Positions 14,402 through 26,300 of a DNA stretch of 64,000 nucleotides are shown here, piece after piece. The first letter of the stretch is position 1. The number at the start of each line of letters is the position of its first letter. The translations under genes were made by a program, and so were the position numbers. The notes beneath the pieces were generated by a model, which had not been told where the DNA came from, ran no database searches, and saw only the letters and a list, made by a program, of their open reading frames with translations. Source of the stretch: Octopus sinensis (taxonomy: Eukaryota); contig NC_043008.1 of NCBI RefSeq assembly GCF_006345805.1, positions 14,508,001 to 14,572,000 of the forward strand, written 5' to 3'.

Positions 14402-14443
14402 ATGAGGTTTTTGTTTTACTGTCGGACGTTACAAAAGACGAAA
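14402..14443 (+). CDS. SCO1: Probable first coding exon of SCO gene (MRFLFYCRTLQKTK, start of mitochondrial presequence)
   Basis: ATG at 14402, 14 basic/hydrophobic codons with no acidic residue, strong donor AAA|GTAAGT in phase 0, in CpG-containing unique sequence. Phase matches the exon at 32943. The link across an 18.5-kb intron is inferred. Confidence 0.5.
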
Positions 14444-14883
14444 GTAAGTCATAAGTACATTTATATCCTTTTTATTTAATAATTAAAGCCTGAATATTCC
14501 GTGTAATTAATATACTTATTAAATATAATTGCATCATGGTAGGAAGGGAGATAACTCTAATGTAACTTTACCAACTTAGCTTTTTTCTGCAATGCAAAAC
14601 TTTCACTAATTGGATTTTATGAAATCCTGTTTCTCGCTCTTTAAACAAATAAAAAGATAAATTGCGACTTCGTGGGGCTTTCTGAATGACACACCTACAA
14701 GATAAATTATCTTTCTTTTTTTTTTTCTTTCCTTTAATGCAGCCCTTTTGATGATAAATCGTGTCTCATGAGGCCTGCTTTTCAAAAAGGTTGCCCATGC
14801 CCTTTTTATAAATGATTTCGGCTTCGTATCTGGCCGTGCTTCTACTACATGTTTGTGTGTACGTATATATATTGCGTGCATGT

Positions 14884-14958
<75 letters not shown>

Positions 14959-16141
14959 GTTGCCTATATATATATACGGCAGAAACGTTAGCACGCCGGG
15001 CGAAATGCGTAGCCGTATTTCGTCTGCCGTTACGGTCTGAGTTCAAATTCCGCCGAGATCGACTTTGCCTTTCATCCTTTCGGGGTCGATAAATAAGTAC
15101 CAGTTACGCACTGGGGTCGATGTAATCGACTTAATCCGTTTGTCTGTCCTTGTTTTTCCCCTCTGTGTTTAGCCTCTTGTGGGTAGTAAAGAAATAGGTA
15201 TATATATTTCTTTATTGCCCACAAGGGGCTAAACATAGAGGGGACAAACAAGGACAGACGAAGGGATTGAGTCGATTATATCGCCCCCAGTGCGAAACTG
15301 GTGCATGTATATATATAGATATAGATATATAGTAACGTCATTCGCGCACTAATTAGTGCGTCAAACTCATTACCACACAATGAATTAAAATTCGTATTTA
15401 CTTATATACTAATTTTAATTCATTCATATATAGGCGCTACTTTCCTCTCTCTTTCTTAAATGTATTCTTTTAAATAAATATTCCCGGCTTTTCTTTATTT
15501 TCTGTCGTTATGTAAAACAATTATTTCATCTATCTCAAGATGAAATAGAACTACCTGTAATATACTCGGGCTAATTCAGTTGACTTTAACCTCGTCCAGT
15601 GCACCTGAGCACTGTACACAATGTTTTATTATTATTATATAAACTAAAAAATAAATAACCTTGTGTTTTAGCAAAGGTGATTGATATCCGTGTTCTCTGT
15701 TTCGGTTATGAAAGAAATTAGGATTACACAGAATAAACAGCTTATTCACTAAAATAATTTAATGCAATGTATCAGGACATGTGTATATATTGTCAATAAG
15801 TTGTTGGGGGTCTTTTCTACTTTCTTGTTTGTTTTGAGTAGCCCCAGTTAGTTCTTTTTGAGCAAGAGACAATTAACCGTACGATGTTCCTAATTAACTT
15901 TAATGATTCTATCTTTATTGTAGGACAAGCAGTTCCTAATTTTAAGGACAGAAGTGAGTTTGTTGTAGGTTATTAAGCTATTACATTGAATAATCTGTAT
16001 CAGCGATTCCCAACCTGTGGTCCGCAAAGGTAGTACTGGGGGTCCGTTTGAATTTAGTTTACGGACCTCCAGTACTACCTTTGCAGACCACAGGTTGGGA
16101 ATCGCTGATATAGATTATTCAATGTAATAGCTTAATAATCT

Positions 16142-16227
<86 letters not shown>

Positions 16228-17509
16228 GCACACATAACGATAAGCATATTAAGGGGGGGGGGCCTGGAAAATCTCATTTAAATAAAAGTAGTCATTGATA
16301 GTGAAAAGGTTGGGAACCACTGATTTTATATCATAGGAGCACCTTAGCTTGATCGGTTCACTAAATAAATAAGAGACTTGAGTGAAACTTAGCTGCTCCT
16401 TTGAGTCAAAGTTCTTCCGTGTATATTCATCTATTCAAGTTTACAGATTTAACCGATATCTTGCTTATTTTATACTTTCATCAGATCGATCGTTTATAAG
16501 GCCTTCTTTTTTGTTACCTATCACCGTTAACAATTAATTACGTAATTGACTTTATTGTGCGTAGGCGAAAGGACTTGTAACTTGCTTAGCTTTCCCAATG
16601 TATTTAGTAACTTAAGTGATTTTCGCTCATTAAACGCCAATAATTAAAATAGTTATGAATAATCACAACTCGAAATATGAATGCATACAACAACAGTAGC
16701 AACAAAAAGCACTGATTAATTCGATGTAAGCTGTCGACAAATTAATTGTCCTCCTTGTGTGTTAGATAAGATCAAAACGGCAAATAAGCGCCACAAAATT
16801 TTCTCCTCGTTAATTTAGTTTACTTTCTGTAAGGAATTCTTTTAACCCTGCTATTACCAGACATTGAGTTACCAACAAGGAAAATGTAACGAAATATCAT
16901 GATGCGTAATATCACTTGTTGGAAATCAATTATTATTTAACTGCGCGGTCACACCCAATACGCGGAAAAAAAAGTCACCAGTTTACGAACATAAATGCAG
17001 ATAACAGTGTTAAGAAACACCTCAGATCTCTTAATCACTTTACGTAACCTTATTTTAAAACTAACTATCTATCTACCTATCTACCTACCTATCTATCTAT
17101 CTATCTATCTACCTATCTATCTATCTATCTACCTATCTATCTATCTATCTATCTATCTACCTATCTATTAATCTATCTATCTATCTATCTACCTATCTAT
17201 TAATCTATCTATCTATCTTTCTTTCTATCTATCTATCTCACACATGCTTGAAAGACTTTCACATTTTTTAGCCTCGCTGCATAAAGTAAACAAAATGGTG
17301 ACGCTACAGATTCTTTTCGTTTTGTTTTTCTCTCTTTGGTCAAGACAAGGAGGATCCCTATAAGTAGTTTCCAATCCTTTTAGAGCTTCGTCAAAGGCAT
17401 AATCCCTATGTTTTGAAGATAGTTAAGTAATAGCTTATTACCATATCATCGTCAACGGCCGTTTTCCGTGCTTGCATGGGTTGGACAGTTCGACAAAAGC
17501 TTTCAAGGA

Positions 17510-20380
17510 TGCTTTATGTTGTGTCTCTAATTTAACTGTTAAGCTGATAGAATACTTAAGCAACATGGATTAGCAACCATTATCCCTGCTTATGCACCTC
17601 AACCAGGGCTACCTGATCAACAGAAAAACCGATTTTATGACACCCTCTTGCAGACTACCTTGTCGACAAATGACAGGGACCTTCTCTTTGTGGCTGGCGA
17701 CTTCAGTGGGTATGTTGGACAACATGCAGGGGGCTTCCATGGTATACATGGTGGCTATGGATTTGGTCCCTGCAATGAGGAGGGAACCAAGCTGCTAGAG
17801 TTCTATGATGCAAATGATCTTATGGTCTGTATTACTATCTTCAGGAAACCTGCCAGTCACCTGTTCACCTACCATTCTGGTGGACACACTAGTTAGATTG
17901 ACTACATTCTTGCCAGGAAACGGGCAAGATGGCCACTTATAAATGCCAAAACCTTCCCAGGTGAAGAATGCACCCCACAACATAGGTTAATAATTAGTGA
18001 CTTCAGGACCAAGGCTAAATAGATGACCAGCATGGAAAAGAAGGGTCTGGAAGTTTAAGGGTCCAGAGATTGAGAGACGTATTACTCGAAGCTTTTGACG
18101 GAAAAGAGGAGGATATAGCATCACATAATGCGGAAGACAACTGGAGGTTCCTACAGGACAACCTGTTGAGGGTTACTGAACAGATCTGTGGCTAGTGCAA
18201 AGTCCCCTCTCGACCTAAGGTAACATGGTGGTGGAACAATGTAGTTGAAAGGGCCATTATGGAAAAGAAACAGGTGTGGAAGGACTGGAAGAATGGTGGT
18301 AGCTAGGAACTTTATCTTATCTCCAGAAGGGAAGCTAGGAGACAGGTGTACTTAGCCAGTGAGGAAGCAGATAAGAAAAATTTGCCAATGTTCTGTGTCA
18401 TGAGGACCAAAGACTTGAAATGTTTCGTGTTGCAAGACAGTGTGTGAGAGAGAATCATGATGTCATAGGAGAGAAATGTGTCTGCATGGGTGATAGCTCA
18501 CTTGCATTTAATGAGGCTGCAAAGAGAGAGACTTAGAGATGCCATTATGAAAGGTTGTAAATGAAAAGAATGAATGAGAGAAAGAGAGTCTACCAAATGT
18601 CGACCCAGCAGAGGGTCCAGCTATCCAAATTGACAGTAGCTTGGTAGATAAAGCAATTAAGGGTATGAAGATGGGGAAAGCCCCTGGCCCATCAGTAATC
18701 ACCGCAGAGGTGCTTAAAATATCTGGCAGTGTGAGCTATAGTCTGGTCACCTGCATAGTCAATCAGGTGATACATGGAGTCATACCCAATGCCTGGTGTA
18801 GCAGCACCATAGTCAACTGCTACAAAGGTAAAGGTGATGCATTAGATATGAATAATTACAGAGGTATCAAATTGTTGGATAAGGTGATGAAAGTCACAGA
18901 GAGGGCCATAGCCCAACTAATTAGGGAGACAGTTTAGATGACAAACACTACTGATGTTATATTTCTGGTAAGACAGTTGCAGGAGAAATACCTAGCTAAA
19001 GATAAACCTCTGTACTTGGCTTTTGTTGACATGGAGAAAGCTTTTGACAGGGTCCCCCAATCCCTTATCTGGTGGTCAATGCAGAAAATAGGGATAGATG
19101 AGTGGTCAGTGAGAGCTGTACAAGCCATGTACAGGGATGCTGTCAATAAGGTGAGGGTTGGCAACAAGTATAGTGAAGAATTCCAGGTAGAAGTAGGGGT
19201 CCACCAAGGATCAGTCCTCATCCCCCTCTTATTCATCGTGGTCCTCCAGGCAATAACAGGAATTCAAGACAGGCTGCCCATGGGAGCTCCTCTATGCTGA
19301 TGACCTTGTTCTAATAGCTGAATCACTATCAGAACTAGAGAAGTTTCTGGTGTGGAAACAAGGTCTAGAATTGAAGGGCCTTAGAGTCAATCTAGCAAAA
19401 ACCATAGTTTTAGTAAGTAGGAAGGCAAACAAATCACAAATCCCTTCAGGTAGATGGCCTTGCTCGATCTGTAGAAAAGGCGTAGGTAGAAATTCCGTAA
19501 GATGTACCTGGTGTAGGCTATCGACACATAAGAGGTGCAACAATATCAAAGGAAGGCTAACTGAGAAGATAGTTTTTGTGTGGCTAAAAACCATTAGTTG
19601 ATAGCTTCTGTTACCTAGGTGACCAAGTCAGTAGTGGGGGTAGATGCTCTGAGAGCGTAGCTGCTTATAATAAGGATAGCCTGGGCAAAGTTCAGAGAGC
19701 TCCTACCTCTGCTGGTAACAAAGGGCCTCTTGCTGAGAGTGAAAGGTAGACTGTATGACATGGAGAAAGCGTTTGACAGGGTCCCCCAATCCCTTATCTG
19801 GTGGTCAATGCAGAAAATAGGGATAGATGTAGCGGCGAGCTGGCAGAAACGTTAGCACGCCGGGTGAAATGCTTAGCGGTATTTCGTCTGCGTTACGTTG
19901 TGAGTTCAAATTCCGCTGAGGTCGACTTTGCCTTTCATCCTTTCGGGGTCGATAAATTAAGTACCAGTTACGCACTGGGGTCGATGTAATCGACTTAATA
20001 CCTATGTATGTCCTTGTTTGTCCCCTCTGTGTTTAGCCCCTTGTGGGTAATAAAGAAATATGTATGACATGCATGTAAACAGCCATGCTACATGGCAGTG
20101 AAACATGGGCTGTGACTGCTGAGGACATGAAAAGAAGCTAGTATGCTGCGTTGGATGTGTAATGTCTGTGCATACACGACAGTGTAAGTGCCCTGACAGA
20201 AAAGATGGACATAAGAAGCATCAGATGTGGTATGCAAGAGAGATGACTGCTGGTATGGTCATGTGTTGCATATGGATGAGGACAGTTGTGTGGAAAAGTG
20301 TCACACCCTAACAGTGAAGGGAACCTGTGGAAGAGGTAGACCCAGGAAGACCTGAGGTGGTGAAGCATAACCTTTGGAGA
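17510..20380 (+). mobile_element. Degenerate RTE-clade LINE (APE endonuclease + RT), interrupted by a SINE
   Basis: AYAPQ, VAGDF.G.VG and IDYIL (endonuclease); GKAPGP, NYRGIKLL, FVDMEKAFDRVP, GVHQGSVL and LYADDL (RT); many stops and frameshifts. Confidence 0.95.
19830..20060 (+). mobile_element. tRNA-derived SINE family A; other copies at ~14978-15197, 15206-15302(-), 32485-32720, 36537-36762, 42545-43060, 53095-53225(-), 61495-61690, 63815-64000
   Basis: GGCGAGCTGGCAGAA (A box), GAGTTCAAATTCC (B box), core GCCTTTCATCCTTTCGGGGTCGATAAATTAAGTACC, 3' AAAGAAATA. TSDs visible, e.g. AGAATATCGG at 36527 and 36763. Confidence 0.9.
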
Positions 20381-23300
20381 TATGCTGTGCTTGAGAAGAC
20401 CCAGCAAGCCAAGTAAGGCTGTGGCCTATGCCAATGTCACATAACCAGCCCATTTAAGCAATATGCTCTGCTTGAGAAGACCCAGCAAGCCAAGTAAGGC
20501 TGTGGCCTATGCCAATGTCACATAACCAGCCCATTTAAGCAATATGCTCTGCTTGAGAAGACCCAGCAAGCCAAGTAAGGCTGTGGCCTATGCCAATGTC
20601 ACATAACCAGCCCATTTAAGCAATATACTCTGCTTGAGAAGACCCAGCAAGCCAAGTAAGGCTGTGGCCTATGCCAATGTCACATAACCAGCCCATTTAA
20701 GCAATATGCTCTGCTTGAGAAGACCCAGCAAGCCAAGTAAGGCTGTGGCCTATGCCAACGTCACATAACCAGCCCATTTAAGCAATATGCTCTGCTTGAG
20801 AAGACCCAGCAAGCCAAGTAAGGCTGTGGCCTATGCCAATGTCACATACCAGCCCAATTAAGCAATATGCTCTGCTTGAGAAGACCCAGCAAGCCAAGTA
20901 AGGCTGTGGCCTATGCCAATGTCACATAACCAGCCCATTTAAGCAATATGCTCTGCTTGAGAAGACCCAGCAAGCCAAGTAGGCTGTGGCCTATGCCAAC
21001 GTCACATAACCAGCCCATTTAAGCAATATGCTCTGCTTGAGAAGACCCAGCAAGCCAAGTAAGGCTGTGGCCTATGCCAATGTCACATAACCAGCCCATT
21101 TAAGCAATATGCTCTGCTTGAGAAGACCCAGCAAGCCAAGTAGGCTGTGGCCTATGCCAATGTCACATAACCGGCCCATTTAAGCAATATGCTCTGCTTG
21201 AGAAGACCCAGCAAGCCAAGTAAGGCTGTGGCCTATGCCAACGTCACATAACCAGCCCATTTAAGCAATATGCTCTGCTTGAGAAGACCCAGCAAGCCAA
21301 GTAAGGCTGTGGCCTATGCCAATGTCACATAACCGGCCCATTTAATCAATATGCTCTGCTTGAGAAGACCCAGCAAGCCAAGTAAGGCTGTGGCCTATGC
21401 CAATGTCACATAACCAGCCCATTTAAGCAATATGCTCTGCTTGAGAAGACCCAGCAAGCCAAGTAAGGCTGTGGCCTATGCCAATGTCACATAACCGGCC
21501 CATTTAAGCAATATGCTCTGCTTGAGAAGACCCAGCAAGCCAAGTAAGGCTGTGGCCTATGCCAATGTCACATAACCGGCCCATTTAAGCAATATGCTCT
21601 GCTTGAGAAGACCCAGCAAGCCAAGTAAGGCTGTGGCCTATGCCAATGTCACATAACCAGCCCATTTAAGCAATATGCTCTGCTTGAGAAGACCCAGCAA
21701 GCCAAGTAAGGCTGTGGCCTATGCCAATGTCACATAACCGGCCCATTTAAGCAATATGCTCTGCTTGAGAAGACCCAGCAAGCCAAGTAAGGCTGTGGCC
21801 TATGCCAATGTCACATAACCAGCCCATTTAAGCATATGCTCTGCTTGAGAAGACCCAGCAAGCCAAGTAAGGCTGTGGCCTATGCCAATGTCACATAACC
21901 GGCCCATTTAAGCAATATGCTCTGCTTGAGAAGACCCAGCAAGCCAAGTAAGGCTGTGGCCTATGCCAATGTCACATAACCAGCCATTTAAGCAATATGC
22001 TCTGCTTGAGAAGACCCAGCAAGCCAAGTAAGGCTGTGGCCTATGCCAATGTCACATAACCGGCCCATTTAAGCAATATGCTCTGCTTGAGAAGACCCAG
22101 CAAGCCAAGTAAGGCTGTGGCCTATGCCAATGTCACATAACTGGCCCATTTAAGCAATATGCTCTGCTTGAGAAGACCCAGCAAGCCAAGTAAGGCTGTG
22201 GCCTATGCAATGTCACATAACTGGCCCATTTAAGCAATATGCTCTGCTTGAGAAGACCCAGCAAGCCAGTAAGGCTGTGGCCTATGCCAATGTCACATAA
22301 CTGGCCCATTTAAGCAATATGCTCTGCTTGAGAAGACCCAGCAAGCCAAGTAAGGCTGTGGCCTATGCCAATGTCACATAACTGGCCCATTTAAGCAATA
22401 TGCTCTGCTTGAGAAGACCCAGCAAGCCAAGTAAGGCTGTGGCCTATGCCAATGTCACATAACCAGCCCATTTAAGCAATATGCTCTGCTTGAGAAGACC
22501 CAGCAAGCCAAGTAAGGTTGTGGCCTATGCCAATGTCACATAACTGGCCCATTTAAGCAATATGCTCTGCTTGAGAAGACCCAGCAAGCCAAGTAAGGCT
22601 GTGGCCTATGCCAATGTCACATAACTGGCCCATTTAGCAATATGCTCTGCTTGAGAAGACCCAGCAAGCCAAGTAAGGCTGTGGCCTATGCCAATGTCAC
22701 ATAACCAGCCCATTTAAGCAATATGCTCTGCTTGAGAAGACCCAGCAAGCCAAGTAAGGCTGTGGCCTATGCCAATGTCACATAACCAGCCCATTTAAGC
22801 AATATGCTCTGCTTGAGAAGACCCAGCAAGCCAAGTAAGGCTGTGGCCTATGCCAATGTCACATAACCAGCCCATTAAGCAATATGCTCTGCTTGAGAAG
22901 ACCCAGCAAGCCAAGTAAGGCTGTGGCTATGCCAATGTCACATAACCAGCCCATTTAAGCAATATGCTCTGCTTGAGAGACCCAGCAAGCCAAGTAGGCT
23001 GTGGCCTATGCCAATGTCACATAACCAGCCCATTTAAGCAATATGCTCTGCTTGAGAAGACCCAGCAAGCAAGTAAGATTGTGGCCTATGCCAATGTCAC
23101 ATAACTGGCCCATTTAAGCAATATGCTCTGCTTGAGAAGACCCAGCAAGCCAAGTAAGGCTGTGGCCTATGCCAATGTCACATAACCAGCCCATTTAAGC
23201 AATATGCTCTGCTTGAGAAGACCCAGCAAGCCAAGTAAGGCTGTGGCCTATGCCAATGTCACATAACCAGCCCATTTAAGCAATATGCTCTGCTTGAGAA

Positions 23301-26300
23301 GACCCAGCAAGCAAGTAAGATTGTGGCCTATGCCAATGTCACATAACTGGCCCATTTAAGCAATATGCTCTGCTTGAGAAGACCCAGCAAGCCAAGTAAG
23401 GCTGTGGCCTATGCCATGTCACATACTGGCCTGGCCATTTAAGCAATATGCTCTGCTTGAGAAGACCCAGCAAGCCAAGTAAGGCTGTGGCCTATGCCAA
23501 TGTCACATAACAGCCCATTTAAGCATATGCTCTGCTTGAGAAGACCCAGCAAGCCAAGTAAGGCTGTGGCCTATGCCATGTCACATAACCAGCCCATTTA
23601 AGCAATATGCTCTGCTTGAGAAGACCCAGCAAGCCAAGTAAGATTGTGGCCTATGCCAATGTCACATAACCGGCCCATTTAAGCAATATGCTCTGCTTGA
23701 GAAGACCCAGCAAGCCAAGTAAGCTGTGGCCTATGCCAATGTCACATAACCAGCCCATTTAAGCATATGCTCTGCTTGAGAAGACCCAGCAAGCCAAGTA
23801 AGGCTGTGGCCTATGCCAATGTCACATAACCAGCCCATTTAAGCATATGCTCTGCTTGAGAAGACCCAGCAAGCCAAGTAAGGCTGTGGCCTATGCCAAT
23901 GTCACATAACCAGCCCATTTAAGCAATATGCTCTGCTTGAGAAGACCCAGCAAGCCAAGTAAGGCTGTGGACTATGCCAATGTCACATAACCAGCCCATT
24001 TAAGCAATATGCTCTGCTTGAGAAGACCCAGCAAGCCAAGTAAGGTTGTGGCCTATGCCAATGTCACATACTGGCCCATTTAAGCAATATGCTCTGCTTG
24101 AGAAGACCCAGCAAGCCAAGTAAGGCTGTGGCCTATGCCAATGTCACATAACTGGCCCATTAAGCAATATGCTCTGCTTGAGAAGACCCAGCAAGCCAAG
24201 TAAGCTGTGGCCTATGCCAATGTCACATAACCAGCCCATTTAAGCAATATGCTCTGCTTGAGAAGACCCAGCAAGCCAAGTAAGATTGTGGCCTATGCCA
24301 ATGTCACATAACTGGCCCATTTAAGCAATATGCTCTGCTTGAGAAGACCCAGCAAGCCAAGTAAGGCTGTGGCCTATGCCAATGTCACATAACTGGCCCA
24401 TTTAAGCAATATGCTCTGCTTGAGAAGACCCAGCAAGCCAAGTAAGATTGTGGCCTATGCCAATGTCACATAACTGGCCCATTTAAGCAATATGCTCTGC
24501 TTGAGAAGACCCAGCAAGCCAAGTAAGGCTGTGGCCTATGCCAATGTCACATAACCAGCCCATTTAAGCAATATGCTCTGCTTGAGAAGACCCAGCAAGC
24601 CAAGTAAGGTTGTGGCCTATGCCAATGTCACATAACCAGCCCATTTAAGCAATATGCTCTGCTTGAGAAGACCAGCAAGCCAAGTAAGGCTGTGGCTATG
24701 CCAATGTCACATAACAGCCCATTTAAGCAATATGCTCTGCTTGAGAAGACCCAGCAAGCCAAGTAAGGTTGTGGCCTATGCCAATGTCACATAACCAGCC
24801 CATTTAAGCAATATGCTCTGCTTGAGAAGACCCAGCAAGCCAAGTAAGGCTGTGGCCTATGCCAATGTCACATAACCAGCCCATTTAAGCAATATGCTCT
24901 GCTTGAGAAGACCCAGCAAGCAAGTAAGGTTGTGGCCTATGCCAATGTCACAAACCAGCCCATTTAAGCAATATGCTCTGCTTGAAAGACCCAGCAAGCC
25001 AAGTAAGGTTGTGGCCTATGCCAATGTCACATAACCAGCCCATTTAAGCAATATGCTCTGCTTGAGAAGACCCAGCAAGCCAAGTAAGGCTGTGGCCTAT
25101 GCCAATGTCACATAACAGCCCATTTAAGCAATATGCTCTGCTTGAGAAGACCAGCAAGCCAAGTAAGGTTGTGGCCTATGCCAATGTCACATAACCAGCC
25201 CATTTAAGCAATATGCTCTGCTTGAGAAGACCCAGCAAGCCAAGTAAGGTTGTGGCCTATGCCAATGTCACATAACCAGCCCATTTAAGCAATATGCTCT
25301 GCTTGAGAAGACCCAGCAAGCAAGTAAGGCTGTGGCCTATGCCAATGTCACATAACCAGCCCATTTAAGCAATATGCTCTGCTTGAGAAGACCCAGCAAG
25401 CCAAGTAAGGCTGTGGCCTATGCCAATGTCACATACCGGCCCATTTAAGCAATATGCTCTGCTTGAGAAGACCCAGCAAGCCAGTAAGGCTGTGGCCTAT
25501 GCCAATGTCACATAACCAGCCCATTTAAGCAATATGCTCTGCTTGAGAAGACCCAGCAAGCCAAGTAAGGCTGTGGCCTATGCCAATGTCACATAACCAG
25601 CCCATTTAAGCAATATGCTCTGCTTGAGAAGACCCAGCAAGCCAAGTAAGGCTGTGGCTATGCCAATGTCACATAACCAGCCCATTTAAGCAATATGCTC
25701 TGCTTGAGAAGACCCAGCAAGCCAAGTAAGGCTGTGGCCTATGCCAATGTCACATAACCAGCCCATTTAAGCAATATGCTCTGCTTGAGAAGACCCAGCA
25801 AGCCAAGTAAGGCTGTGGCCTATGCCAATGTCACATAACCAGCCCATTAAGCAATATGCTCTGCTTGAGAAGACCCAGCAAGCCAAGTAAGGCTGTGGCC
25901 TATGCCAATGTCACATAACCAGCCCATTTAAGCAATATGCTCTGCTTGAGAAGACCCAGCAAGCCAAGTAAGGTTGTGGCCTATGCCAATGTCACATAAC
26001 CAGCCCATTTAAGCAATATGCTCTGCTTGAGAAGACCCAGCAAGCCAAGTAAGGTGTGGCCTATGCCAATGTCACATAACCAGCCCATTTAAGCAATATG
26101 CTCTGCTTGAGAAGACCCAGCAAGCCAAGTAAGGCTGTGTGGCCTATGCCAATGTCACATAACCAGCCCATTTAAGCAATATGCTTGCTTGAGAAGACCC
26201 AGCAAGCCAAGTAAGGTTGTGGCCTATGCCAATGTCACATAACCAGCCCATTTAAGCAATATGCTCTGCTTGAGAAGACCCAGCAAGCCAAGTAAGGTTG

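Noticed and set aside
17295-17430. ATG in AAACAAAATGG context as SCO first exon
   Set aside because: In-frame TAA occurs before any usable donor.
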